Assembly (NCBI GenBank): GCA_965240325.2
Contig: OZ251240.1
Span: 62,001 to 126,000, forward strand
Direction of reading: 5' to 3'
DNA: 64,000 nt
Source of the DNA: Rebecca billardiae RCC1528
Taxonomy: Eukaryota; Protista; Haptophyta
The notes below the pieces were generated by a model, which did no database searches, was not told where the DNA came from, and saw nothing but the letters and a program-made list of their open reading frames with translations. The translations under genes and the position numbers were made by a program. Shown here one piece after another: positions 44,597 through 57,049 of this stretch (position 1 is the stretch's first letter; every line of letters begins with the position of its first letter).

Positions 44597-45193
44597 GCGC
44601 ACGGTACCGGCTGCGCAGGCTTGTGAGTGCGCGGTGTGCGAGTGCTCGCCGCCGCCTTCCTCACGCCGAATGGGCTGCCCCATCGTCCCTCGCTGTGCTG
44701 AGTGTGCAGTGCATGTGCCGCGCACCGCAGCCCGAGCGGACCGAGGCTGAGGCTCGTGTTCAGTCGGGTGCAGCACGGCGGAGTGCCGGAGCAGCCCACC
44801 CAGCAGCCGCCCGAGCTCGCGCTGCTCGTGGCGCGGTGCGCCGGCGGGTGGCGAGGGCGATGGCGATGCGTTCGAGCTGCGTCACGTGTGGGTGCCATGC
44901 ATATCGCTGCCCGCCGGCTCGAGCCTGCGCCGCTGCTGTGCAGTGTGCACGCACTGGCACCCGACACAGCGCGCGCAATCCGCCCTGCATACGCGCGACG
45001 ACCGACGGCGACGACGAAGTATATACTTCCAAGTCGATCACTCCGGGATGACTGCCCGCGTTACTTAGCCGGAGCCTTCGATCATCAAGGTGCTGGCAGC
45101 AGCAGCCGATGATCAAGTGCGGCAGCATCATCATATCATCATCATAATTTATTATTATTAAATAATAATATAATATATATACTAATATAATAA

Positions 45194-46809
45194 TGGCCCG
45201 CGGTGCAGGGCGGAACGCGCAGCGTGGAGCCCGCTCCGTGGGCCCTAACCACGTTTCAAAAAGATCTTTGATCAAGAAAAAAGGGACGGGGGGCGATTTT
45301 TAGGGCTGGCGGTGACCGAGTTTCGATTTTTGAGACCCTCTCTACACATGCCAAGTGACATGCATTACGGAGAAATAACCGCGTCCACGACATTCCCCTA
45401 TTCAATCGATGGACGGGACGTGAGCGGCCGTGACTTTAACGTAACGGTTCGTTACGAGCGATTTAGTTTGATAGTGAGATTGCCGCGAACCGATGTGACA
45501 ATGTACGTCCCTTGAATCAGTTGATCAACTATATTCAATCGCGCCCTATCTGTATCAGGAGCCGACAAGGCAAGGGTCAGTAGCAGAGGGCCCAAGCTCG
45601 GCGTATATCTCAATACTATCTGACGCGAACGGACTTGGTTGGGCGCGCGCGGCCGCGCGCGGCCCCGGGCGGCGGCCCACCAGAGGCGGCCCGCGTTTGG
45701 AGGCGAGCCACGGGCACGAGGCTCACAACCGACGGGTGAGGACGGCGATGGGCAGGTGCGCGCGGCGAATGGCGCCTGGAGCGCGCGGCTGCGGCGGGTC
45801 CCGACTGCCGTCGACATCGCGTTCGTCGTGCCCCCGCTCACTCCGCGCGCCCCCGCCGCCCCTGCCGCCCTGTCGATGCCTCGGCGCGGCCTTGCGCGGC
45901 CCCGGCGCGTCCGCGAGCCGCGGCGCCGCAGCCGCCGCCCTGTGTTCGGGCTCTCGCAAGCTCGGGGGCAGCGGCGCCTGATGCCGGACTGATCGATCTC
46001 TGAGCCTTCGACTTCACCACGCGCCGCCCTTGCCATGCCTTTCCGGGGTCTCCCAGAACTCTTCTTGATTGAGAGAGAGCAGGCGCGCCGACGATCCGAG
46101 TCCATCGTCGGTCGACTCTGAGCGAGGGCTACGCCTCGGAACTGAACGGTACTCTACGAGGAGGACGAGCTGCGCGGGCGACGGTGGTGCGTGACGTCCC
46201 CAGAGCTGGCCGTGCCTCTGCAACGCGTGCCGAGCCTGATCGAGGTGTGTCAGCTGCCCGTGCACGCGCGGCGAGTGCGCGAACCGGATCACCGGTGCCC
46301 TCGCACCTCGGCACCGTGCTCCCTCGGGCTGTCAGCTCCGCGTGGCCTGGCGTGCACGTAGAGTTGCGCTCATGCGTCGATCACGCCTCGCGCCCGCCTG
46401 TCGGCCGTCGCGCAGGCGCTGGTCGAACCCTACTCGGACCAGTGCATCATCCCGGGCGCTGCCGGCGCGGGGGGTGACCCCGGGGACAGCGGTCAGCAGC
46501 AGCGGCCCGAACGAATCCGCGGCCCCGCACCGTGCTCCCTGGCTGTCAGCTCCGCGTGGCCTGGTGTGCACGTGGAGTCGCGCTCATGCGTCGATCACGC
46601 CTCGTCGCATCCGCCTGTACACAATCGGCGCCGCGCCGGCGGCTGCAATGGGCCCGCCCGGCGCGGCGGGCGGCGGCGCGCCGCTGGAGTCTAGTTGTAC
46701 GGGCATATGCAACTGGTCTGTCAATAGACGACTGCGACGGAGGGTGCACCGCCACCGCGGGCCCTGAACTACGTTCGTTCTACGGAAAAGGACCGCGGAA
46801 CGCGGTCAT
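45194..46809 (+). mobile_element. Family A element, second copy
   Basis: First ~140 bp closely match 29515 onward. Subterminal caccgcgggcc at 46753-46763 and the same hairpin at 46791-46807. Internal ~78-bp direct repeat at 46312 and 46528. Confidence 0.8.
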
Positions 46810-46919
46810 ATGTACTATTATTGCGCCAGCGGCATCATATATATTCATCCTGCTATGCTGGCATCACCAACGACGAAACCGCGCGCATCCAGCATATATG
46901 CTGATTAATATATATATAT

Positions 46920-47759
<840 letters not shown>

Positions 47760-47778
47760 TAGCTCTCGCCGATGCCTG

Positions 47779-50608
47779 CTACGGCTTGGCCGTCAGCGTG
47801 GACGCGCGCCGCCCGAGCGCCGAGAGCGGCACGGCCACGTCCGCAAACGCGATCGAGCGCAGCCGGTGCCGCAGCTCGGAGATCACGTCGGGCGACGAGC
47901 CGCCGGACGCGCGCGAGAGCCTGCGCGCGCCCAGCGTGCCGCCGCCCGGCTGGCTGCACGAGCTGACGGTGGAGGCGGCGGAGGACGAGCTCGAGCCGTC
48001 TGACACGGTCGACTCGGACGAGGGCTCGGTCGAGAGGTACGGCGCCCACACCGATGGGCCAGACACCGATGGCGCGGACACCTGCTTGTGCAGCAGCTGC
48101 CGCGGCGGCGGCGGCGGCGGCGGCTGTTGCTGCTGCGGCTGTTGCTGCTGCTGCGGCTGTTGCTGCGGCTGTTGCTGCTGCGGCTGTTGCTGCTGCGGCT
48201 GCGGCTGTTGCTGCTGCGGCTGTTGCTGCTGCGGCTGCGGCTGTTGCTGCTGCGGCTGCTGCGGCTGCGGCTGCTGCGGCTCGGCAGCGCGCGCCGTCCA
48301 CGACGACCACATCGGCGGGCCGCGCGTCTGCGGCACGGCCACGGTGCGGCGGGCGGCGGTCGGTGCGTCCGGGCGCAGCGGCAGCGGCGCGCGCTCGGCC
48401 GGCTGCGCGGCGGCGGGCGCATCGGCCGGCGCGGCGTCGCTCGGCGTCGCGGCGCCGCTCGCCGCGTCGACGGGCGTCTCGGGGCCGCTGGTCGGGGCGG
48501 GCCCGCTCGCCGCGCGCGAGCGCGAGAGGCGCAGCGGCGCCGGGCTGATCCGCGGCTCTGGCGACGAGGGCGAGTCCGCAGGGCTGGCGCTGCCGCCGAA
48601 CGAGAGGCGGGGCAGCCGCATCGCGCGGTGCATGAGCGAGGGCGAGTCGGGCGTGTCGTGCGCCGCGGCCGCGGCGTCGAGCTTGCTCAGCAGCACCCGG
48701 CGCACCTTGCCGCTGAACTTGGCCAGGTCGCCCGCGCCCGCCTCGACGAGCGTGAGCAGCCGCTCTCGGTCCGAGCGCAGCGAGCACGTGGCGCGCACGA
48801 CCTCAAAGACGCGCGCAGCCTCGCGCAGGTCGGCGGTGACGGCGCGGACCGCGGCGCGGGAGGGCTCGGCGCCGGCGCCGCCCAGCGCGCCCTCCGCGGC
48901 GCGCGCGACGGGGAGCACCTCGATGTCCTCCGCCCCGTGCCCCATCTGCAGGAAGGTCCACAGCTCCGCCACGCACCACAGCCGGTGCATCCACGTCTCG
49001 TCGAGCAGCAGCACGAGCCGGTCGCACGAGGCGAGGTACGCGGGCAGACACGCGACCTCGTCCGCGATGCGAGTCTGGTCGACGCACGCCTTGTCGAACC
49101 AGACGACGGGCGCGCGGCCGTGCCGCGCGGCAAACGCCCGGCCCCAGCGCTGCAGCGCCGCCCACTTGGCCACCGGGTCGCCCGCCCACGAGTGCGAGAT
49201 GAACTGCGGGGCGGCAGCGGGGAGGCGGCAGCGCGCAGCACAGAGCGCACACACGGGGGCGTGTGTGTGAGTGTGTGCGTGAGTGTGTGTGTGAGTGTGT
49301 GTGTGAGTGTGTGTGTGAGTGTGTGTGTGTGAGTGTGTGTGAGTGTGTGTGTGTGAGTGTGTGTGAGTGTGTGTGTGTGAGTGTGAACGGAGGGCGGCGC
49401 GCGCTCGGGGGCGGGCGCGCGCGCCGCGCGCGGCCGGCCGGCCGGCTCGCTCGCTCGCTCGCTCGGCGCGCGCGCGCGCGCACCGCGTCGATCTCGCCGA
49501 GCTGCACGCCCGCGGCGGCCGTGCGCAGCTCCGCGTCCGGCGTGGGGCTCGCGAACGCGTCGAAGGTGAGGCGGTCGAGGGGCAGCGCGCGCAGGCTGTG
49601 CGCGGCCATGCGCTGGATCTCGGCGGCGGAGCGGCCGCCGAGGAGCGCGGCGATGCCCGCCGCCTCGGCCACCGCGCCGCCGCGCGACGCGAGCCACTGC
49701 TGCGCCACCCGCCGGCAGCTGGTGTGCGCCGCGCCCGCGCCGAGCAGCACGAGCTCGAGCGCGAGCGCGGCCTGCGCGCGCCAGAGCGCGCCCACAAACG
49801 CGCGCTGCGAGGCGGCGGAGATGCACATGGCGAGGACGAGCGCGCCGAGCGCGAAGCACTGCTGGCCGCCCACCCGCCACAGCGTGTCGAGCAGCACGCG
49901 CGGCGGCGCGCGCAGCGCGCACAGCTGGCGCACGCCCGCGGCCGCGCTCGCCGCGCCAAACAGCAGCCGCGCGACAGAGTCGGCGCGCGCGACCGCGCAC
50001 GGGATCGGCCCAAACTCGGCGTCGGCGGTGACGAGGCCGGAGCACGCGCGCGCCTCGGCGCAGAGCGCGCGCGCGAGCGAGACCTGCGTCCACGCGCCGC
50101 TGAGGTTGCCCAGCGCGCCCGCGAGCGCCGCGCCCGTGATCAGCCGCCGGTCGGTCGGCAGCAGCGCGAGCAGCCACGCAAACGAGGCGAGGTAGAGCAC
50201 GCCCGCGCCGAGCCGCGCGTACGCGTCGACGCCGGTGACGAGCGCGACGCCGAGTGCGAAGAGCGCCACGCCGCTGCTCACCGCGGGCAGCTGCACGCGC
50301 TGCCGGAAGATGGTGCTCGCGCTGTGCGTCGCCTCGAGGTGCGTGCGGATGCGATCGACCGCGCCGCCGCGGCGGATGCGGTCCATCGAGGCGTCGGGCG
50401 GCACGGCGGGCGGGCGCGCGGCCGACGCCGCGCTGCGCATCGCCGCGCTGTGCGCCAGCCGCTCCTCGACGCCCGGCTCGCCCGCGCCGTCGGCGCGCGG
50501 CACTGTCATGAGGGTGTACGCGGCAAGGCCCAGCGTCCACACTCGTGTGCGTCGCGTGCGTTTGTGCCCGACTTGCGCATCTTCGCGACAGCCGGGCGGC
50601 CACCGCAT
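47779..50608 (-). CDS. Multi-TM protein with TIR-like domain and polyQ/P tail; intron 49204-49483; start uncertain
   Basis: Spliced IDA|FISHSW...WFDKACVDQ...[14 protein letters not shown]...RLWCVAEL. Several hydrophobic helices upstream. Q/P codon repeat at 48121-48280. Confidence 0.8.
49261..49386. repeat. Intronic (GT)n/GTGA microsatellite
   Basis: gtgtgtgtga units inside the intron. Confidence 0.95.
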
Positions 50609-51985
50609 GTTCGGCCTTGCCGGAGCACTGGCCGTGACGAGACGCAATTGATCGTCAGCCAAAGATTCCCGGTTACGACTACCCTTGCTCGGTTTTACTT
50701 GCTCATTAACCCGGGGCCGCTTACCGCCGAGTTACTGACCCTGCCCAAGGGTAGTAAAAAGCCTTTGATCAAGTTCAGAGTGCCGACGTCTCTATGTATG
50801 TATCCTAGATACAAGCCGTACAGTACTCTACAGCTGTTGTCCCAACGGGAAAAGGCAGTGTCCAGGTATGATACAGTTACTGAGATACTGAGAAGATACC
50901 TCTGCATGCACTCTGCATCAAACACGGAGAGCTGTGGGGGTCAGTACGTAGAACCTTGATTGATGTTGGTTGATTGTTCTAATTGTTGCCTGATGAGCCC
51001 ATCAGTGTATTTAACATCGGCGGAAGATTCGGGAGTTGAATCAAGGGGGTGTTGAACAAATGCCCTGAGGAACCGGACCGCCCGCTGCCGCGCCCCACGG
51101 TCGGAGACGTGCACGCGGCGATGGCGCACGCGATCGGGCAGAGGCATAGGGCCTTTCTGCGCCGCCCTGCGCCAGGCAACTCGCGTCTGACCATCTTCTC
51201 CGCGCCTTGAGCCCGCACGGACGTGTGCGCCGCCTCTCGCTAGTCGCTTCAGCCGTGCTGTCCGGTCCCCGCCAAAGTATGCGCGCGCTGAGCGCAACCC
51301 CGGAGGCGCGCATCCCAGGACGGCGTGAGCCATGTGACAGTACGGTCGTGGTGCCCAGCGGCTTTACGTGCGTGCCTCTTCGCTGCCTCGGCAGGCAAGG
51401 CGCGGCATGTCTCTGGCTGAATGTGGCGGCGGCGCACGCTCGCGCTCGCGCGGGCCTGCAGCTGACCGTCGAGGTGCGAGGGCGCGAAGCGTTGCGCCAC
51501 GCGCAAGCTACAGTAGTTCACCGCTTTGCTACCGCCCCGCTGCGTCCCATCAGAAGATTTACTGGACTTTGCGCGGCCTCGCCCTGGCGGCGGTAGGCGA
51601 GAGCGAGGTGGCGGCGGCGGCGGCGTACAGCTGAGTCCGGGAGCGCCCGCCCTGGCAGCGCGCGCCATGAACCGGAAAGCTGTGGCATCGTCCGTCGCCG
51701 CCCGGGGCGTGCAGATTGATTTGAATAATCCCGAGGTCTGGCCCGGTTTAGATATATATACATAAGGCGCTTACTTGTTTCGCAGTACGACGTATCATCA
51801 TCTATATAGCGGATGGAGTGGTGCTCGCTGCGCTGGCCCGAGGCTGTCCGCGCGGCGACGCGCACCGCGCACGACCTCATCATCGTCATCGGACCGGCGC
51901 CCGCTCGCCCGCCTCGCCGGGGCCAATCAGCCCGTGCGGCAGCTGGGTCCGTGCCGCACCGAGCCGCCGCACGGGCCGCCGGCGC

Positions 51986-54334
51986 TCAGCCACGTGCGGA
52001 CGGCGCGGAGAAGAGCTCCTGGAAGAGCAGCTGGTCGACGATGAAGCACTCGGCGAGCCGCTCGCGCCCCACGATCGCCGTGAGCGCCACCTTGACGTCC
52101 GACGGGTGCGGCGCGGCCCCGCGCGCCTCCGCGTCGTGGTGCGCGCGGATGGCCGCGTACACGGCCTCAAAATCGCGCCCCAGCACCGCGCGGCAGCGCT
52201 CGCGCAGCGCGCGCGTGCGGTCGGCGGCCGAGTGCATCGGCTCGAAGCTGTTCGCCGGCGGCGGCTCCGCCCCGTCCGCCCCGTCCGCGCATCCGCCGCC
52301 GCCGCCGCCGCCGCCACCGCCGGGCGCGGCGGCCGCGGCCGCGCCGGCCGCGCCGGCTCCCGCCGCCGAGCTGCCGCCGCCGCCGCCGCCACCGTCCGCG
52401 CCGCCGTCGCCGTCGCCCGCGGCCTCTGCGCAGATGCGCAGCAGCCTGCTGTGGTCTTGGTCGACGCGCTCGCTCAGCCTGCGCGCCTCCGCACGCACGG
52501 GCGCGCTGCCGTCCCGGCCTTGGCCCAGGCCGCCGCCGCCCGGCGGCTCGGCGGCGCCGGCGCCGTCGGCGCCGCCCGCGCCGGCGCCGGCGCCTCTGGG
52601 CTCGGGCGCGGCGTGCGCGGCGTGCGCGGGTTGCGCGCCGCCGGCGCCCGGCTCGCGCGGCGAGGCGTTCCCGCTGCGCGCGCCCCGCGGCTGCGCGCCG
52701 CCCGCGCGGTGCGGCGCGGCGGGCGCAGAGCGCGCGCTGCCAGCGCTGCCGCCGCGCGAGCCCGCGCCCCCCGCCAGCAGCCCCGCGCCCGGCGCGGCGG
52801 CGCACGCGGTGGCGGCGTGCAGCTCGGGCGCGCTGAGCTGCCCCCCGGGCACCGTGCGCGGCGAGCCTCGAGCACCGCCGCCGCCGCCGCCGCCGCCGCT
52901 CCCGCCCGCCGCCGCGCCGCCGCCGCCGCCCGCGGCGCGGCCGAGCTCGACGGAGGAGCGCTCGAACATGAGCCGGCCTCGGCGCTGCGCCTCGTCCGTG
53001 CTGCGCCGATTGGAGAGCGCGGCGGCGGCGAGCTCCTGCGCGGCCTCGTCGGCGGCGGCCATCTTGCGCCGGCGCATCTTCTCCTTGGGCGTCAGCTCGG
53101 CCGCGCGATCGTCGCGCTCGGCGAGCGAGGGCTGCTGCGCTGCACGCGCCGACTGCTGCGGCGGCTGCGGCTGCGGCTGCTGCGAGTGCGCGCCGCAGCC
53201 GGCGCCTTGCCTGCTGGGCGCGTGCGCGGCCGCGCCGCGCGGCGTGGATCCCGCGCTGCACGAGCCGCTGCTGCCCGAGCCGGGCACGCCGCCAACGCCG
53301 CCGCCGCCGCCGCCGCCGCCGGGCCCAGCGGCCGCGCCCGCGCCCGCGCCCGCGCCCCTCGCCGGCGCCGCGGGCGAGCCGCCGCCGGCGCCGAGCGGGC
53401 GGCGCACGCGCGCCGCGGCGAGCGCGGGCGGGGCGGGCGAGCCGGCCGCGCCCTCGGGCGCGTGGTGCGGCGGCGCGTCGAGCGCGCCCTCCGCCGCGTC
53501 GGGCGCCGCCTCGGCCGCGAGGTCGGCCTCGGCGATCGCGCTGACCGCGCGCCGCAGCAGCGGCTGCCTGAGGATCTGCCCGACCGACGGCCTGCGCGCC
53601 GGGTCCTTGGCGAGCATCGAGGCGAGGAGCGCGCGGAGCTCGTCGGAGTAGAAGGGCGGCGGCGGCTCGTACGTCTCCTGCACGATCTTGTACACGAGGC
53701 CGAGCAGGTTGGAGCCGTCCCACGCCTGCCGCAGCGCGAGCATCTCGTACAGCACGCAGCCGAGCGCCCACACGTCCGACTTGTACGAGTACGGCCGGTT
53801 CTGGCACACCTCGGGGGACATGTAGTACGGCGTGCCGATCACGGTCTGCGCGACCGACTGCGACCCGTCGAGCACGCGCGCGATCCCAAAGTCGCCCAGC
53901 TTGATCAGCCGGCCGCGCGTGAGGAACACATTCTGCGTCTTGAGGTCGCGGTGCAGGATGCGGCGCTCGTGCGTGTGCGCGAGCGCGAGCGCGAGCTGCG
54001 CGAGCCACTCGAGGACGGTGGGCTCGGGGAGGTACTCGCCGCGCGCCTTCTGCCGCTTGAGCACGCTCGCGAGGTCGCCGCCCTCGCAGTACGTCATGAT
54101 CAGGCAGAGGTCCTCGCCGTCCAGAAAGTGCTCGCGGTACTGCACGATGCACGGGTGGTCGAGCGAGCGGAGGAGGTTGACCTCCTGCGCGGCGGACTCG
54201 CGCTCGGAGGGGGAGTGGTCGTCGAGGCCGATCTTCTTCAGGCAGTACAGCTTGCCGTCGCGCACGTCGCGCACCACGAACACCGTCCCATAGTGGCCGC
54301 GGCCGATGCGCTGGATCACCTCGTACGCATCCAT
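51986..54334 (-). CDS. NEK: NIMA-related (NEK) Ser/Thr kinase
   Basis: IGRGHYG, YCLKKI, HRDLKTQNVFL, KLGDFG, GTPYYMSPE and KSDVWALGC motifs. C-terminal helical domain. Confidence 0.95.
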   Translation of the reverse strand: MDAYEVIQRIGRGHYGTVFVVRDVRDGKLYCLKKIGLDDHSPSERESAAQEVNLLRSLDHPCIVQYREHFLDGEDLCLIMTYCEGGDLASVLKRQKARGEYLPEPTVLEWLAQLALALAHTHERRILHRDLKTQNVFLTRGRLIKLGDFGIARVLDGSQSVAQTVIGTPYYMSPEVCQNRPYSYKSDVWALGCVLYEMLALRQAWDGSNLLGLVYKIVQETYEPPPPFYSDELRALLASMLAKDPARRPSVGQILRQPLLRRAVSAIAEADLAAEAAPDAAEGALDAPPHHAPEGAAGSPAPPALAAARVRRPLGAGGGSPAAPARGAGAGAGAAAGPGGGGGGGGVGGVPGSGSSGSCSAGSTPRGAAAHAPSRQGAGCGAHSQQPQPQPPQQSARAAQQPSLAERDDRAAELTPKEKMRRRKMAAADEAAQELAAAALSNRRSTDEAQRRGRLMFERSSVELGRAAGGGGGAAAGGSGGGGGGGGARGSPRTVPGGQLSAPELHAATACAAAPGAGLLAGGAGSRGGSAGSARSAPAAPHRAGGAQPRGARSGNASPREPGAGGAQPAHAAHAAPEPRGAGAGAGGADGAGAAEPPGGGGLGQGRDGSAPVRAEARRLSERVDQDHSRLLRICAEAAGDGDGGADGGGGGGGSSAAGAGAAGAAAAAAPGGGGGGGGGGCADGADGAEPPPANSFEPMHSAADRTRALRERCRAVLGRDFEAVYAAIRAHHDAEARGAAPHPSDVKVALTAIVGRERLAECFIVDQLLFQELFSAPSARG

Positions 54335-54705
54335 GCGGAGGCGGCGGAGCGGCGCGGAGCGCGCGCGGCGCCGCGGCGCGCGGGCCCTCGAGCGCGCTCG
54401 CGCCCGGCGCGCGCGCCGAGCTCTTCCCGCCCGCCGCGAGCGGGGCCCGGAGCGGCGGAGTGAGGCCCCGCGCCTGGGCTCGGTCTGTTTGAGATCAGAG
54501 GGGGCACTTGAGCAAGCAATGCGCACTACTACCAACCAGTACTTCCTTCAGACTGATGCTGAGTTGACTTGTTGACTCGTCCTCGGCAGCCATCGTGCGA
54601 GAGCTCATGAACAGCCGCCCTGCTCCTGCTGCCGAGCGCCTTGCCCGTCGCCTGCGCGCTGCTGGCCCACGTCGCGTGGCGTCGGTCCCGCCGCTGGTCG
54701 GACGG

Positions 54706-55274
54706 ATGGACGAGGAGGGCGGCGGGTACGACGGTGACGGCTACGACGGCGGCGACGGCGGAGCAGATGTGCGCGCTCGCCACCCGCGCCCGCCGCAGCG
54801 CTGCCACGATGCGCCGCGCGCGCGCGCCCACGCGTGACGCCGCGCGCGCTCGCGCGCGACTCGGCGCTGCCCCGGCGGCGACAGGACGCGTACGAGGGCG
54901 ACGGCGCGGAGGGATTCGGCGAGGAGGGTGCCGACGGGGACCAGTTCGACGTCGGCGGGCCGGACGACTTCATCGACGGCGCGGACGCCGGCCCCGAGAG
55001 CGCGGGCCCCGTCGCGCAGCGCATCACCACGCCGTACATGACCAAGTACGAGCGCGCGCGCATCCTCGGCACGCGCGCGCTGCAGATCTCGATGAACGCG
55101 CCGGTGATGGTGGACATCGAGCACGAGACGGATCCGCTGCAGATCGCGCTCAAGGAGCTGCAGGAGCGCAAGATCCCCATCACCATCCGCCGCTACCTGC
55201 CCGACGGCTCGTACGAGGACTGGGCGGTGAACGAGCTCGCCGTGCCGGACGAGCAGTACCTGCTGCCCTCGTGA
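54706..55274 (+). CDS. RPB6: RNA polymerases I/II/III shared subunit RPB6 (intron 54769-54884)
   Basis: [28 protein letters not shown]...[12 protein letters not shown]. Acidic N-terminal exon. Confidence 0.97.
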
Positions 55275-55799
55275 GCACGCGGGCGGCCTGCTGCCCGCGT
55301 GCGCCAGCGCCGAGGGCTGGCGCGCCGGCGGACGCCCGCGAGGAACGCCGGCGTCGGCCCGGGTGGCTGGTCGGCGGGAGGCGCGCGCCGGGCGGGCGGT
55401 AGGCCGCAGCCAGCCGGTGAGCGACGGCAGCACTCCCTCGGCAGCAGTCAGCTCCGCTTATTCGAAAATAATGCTGATGAAAAGTATCTGACCGGCCCGA
55501 TTCGTCGAATGCCGCGCAGCGCAGGTGGATCGCGCTTCAGCAGCTCAAGGCCGCGCTCAAGCTTTACGATCGCGGTGCAGGCTATGCTCTGCCACCAACG
55601 CCGACTTCGTGTCGACGATCGGGCACTGCCGCCGACGAATCAGGAGACCCGCGTCGTCCTACCTGTGTCGTTAAATCATAGAATGAGTATAGCGCGAATA
55701 ATGGATTGCGCGCCGCCGCCGGCCGCCCGCGGAAGGCGGGAAGTGCCGTGCGCTCCCTCCACGCGTCGGCTTGCGCTCGCGTGGCCCGCCCCCCGCGCG

Positions 55800-56816
55800 A
55801 TGCACAACCGCAAGAAGGGCTCGATCAGCGCCGCGAAGCAGGCGGCGCTGCAGGAGCGCGGCGCGCAGTACGCCGCCCTCTCGCGCGCCGCCATGTCGCT
55901 GCGCGCCGCGCGGCAGTACGACGGCGCCGCGCTCGAGGCGAGCGCGCGCGTGCTCGGCCTCAACCCGGAGCACTACTCGCTGTGGGGGTACCGGCGCGAG
56001 ATCCTGCGCGCGCTGCACCCGCGCGCGGAGGACGAGGGCGCGCTGGCCGCCGAGCTCGAGCTCACGCAGGCCGGGCTCAGCGCCAACCCCAAGTCGTACT
56101 GCGTGTGGCACCACCGGCGGTGGGTGGTGACGCAGTGGGCGCAGCCGACGCCCGAGCGGCTCGCGCGCGAGCTCAAGCTGTGCGCGAAGCTGCTCGAGCT
56201 CGACGCGCGCAACTTCCACTGCTGGGGCTACCGCCGCCACCTCGCCGCGCTCGCCGCCTCGCCCCCCTCCGCCGAGCTCCGCTTCACGGACGGCAAGATC
56301 GGGTCGGACTTCTCCAACTACTCGGCGTGGCACGCGCGCGCGACGCTGCGGCCGAGCCTGGGGGAGGGCGACGGGCGGGGCGGCGCGGCGGCGGCGGCGG
56401 CGGAGGCGGGCGGCGGCGCGCCGCTGCCCACCGGCGTGCCCGCCCTCCGCGCCGAGCTCGAGCTCGTGCGCAACGCGCTGTACACGGCGCCTGAGGACTC
56501 GTCCGCTTGGTTCTACCACGCGTGGCTGCTGCAGCGCGCGGCGCACATCGCGGCGGCCGGCGCGGAGGAGGCGGCCGCGGCGCGCGAGGCGCTGGAGGGC
56601 GAGGTGGGCGTGGCGGACGAGCTGCTCGGCCTCGAGCCCAACCTCAAGTGGCCGATGCTCGCGGGCGCGCGCGCCAGCCTCCTCCTCGCGCGCGCGGGCG
56701 GCGGCGGGCGCGCGGTGGCCAAGGCGCGCGGCTGGCTGCTCACGCTGCAGCAGGCGGACGCGCAGCGGCAGGGCTACTACGCGCACCTGCTCGCGCAGCT
56801 GCCGCCGGAGGCGTGA
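55800..56816 (+). CDS. RABGGTA: Rab geranylgeranyltransferase (type II) alpha subunit
   Basis: MHNRKK start. PPTA repeats NPEHYSLWGYRR, NPKSYCVWHHRRW, RNFHCWGYRR, FSNYSAWH and PEDSSAWFYH. Confidence 0.93.
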   Translation: MHNRKKGSISAAKQAALQERGAQYAALSRAAMSLRAARQYDGAALEASARVLGLNPEHYSLWGYRREILRALHPRAEDEGALAAELELTQAGLSANPKSYCVWHHRRWVVTQWAQPTPERLARELKLCAKLLELDARNFHCWGYRRHLAALAASPPSAELRFTDGKIGSDFSNYSAWHARATLRPSLGEGDGRGGAAAAAAEAGGGAPLPTGVPALRAELELVRNALYTAPEDSSAWFYHAWLLQRAAHIAAAGAEEAAAAREALEGEVGVADELLGLEPNLKWPMLAGARASLLLARAGGGGRAVAKARGWLLTLQQADAQRQGYYAHLLAQLPPEA

Positions 56817-57049
56817 GCCGCCCGCGTGCGCCGCCATGCCGCGGCGAGGAGTGCGCGCATGCGCCGCTATGGCTGCTGATCATCGGCGCGATGCCACCGC
56901 GCCCGCGCAGTACCTATACTACCTTGTTAACCCTAACCCTACACGAATCAGGCGCCGTCCTACCTGTGTCGAGAAATCAGCATCATAGAATGAGTAGATG
57001 ATACGTATTGTCGAAACGGTTCCGCGACTTACCCGCCACCCCGTCGGCA

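Noticed and set aside
50990-51030. Hammerhead ribozyme (CTGATGA-gcc...ggc-GGAA)
   Set aside because: Lacks the GAAA core and no convincing stems I/III were found.
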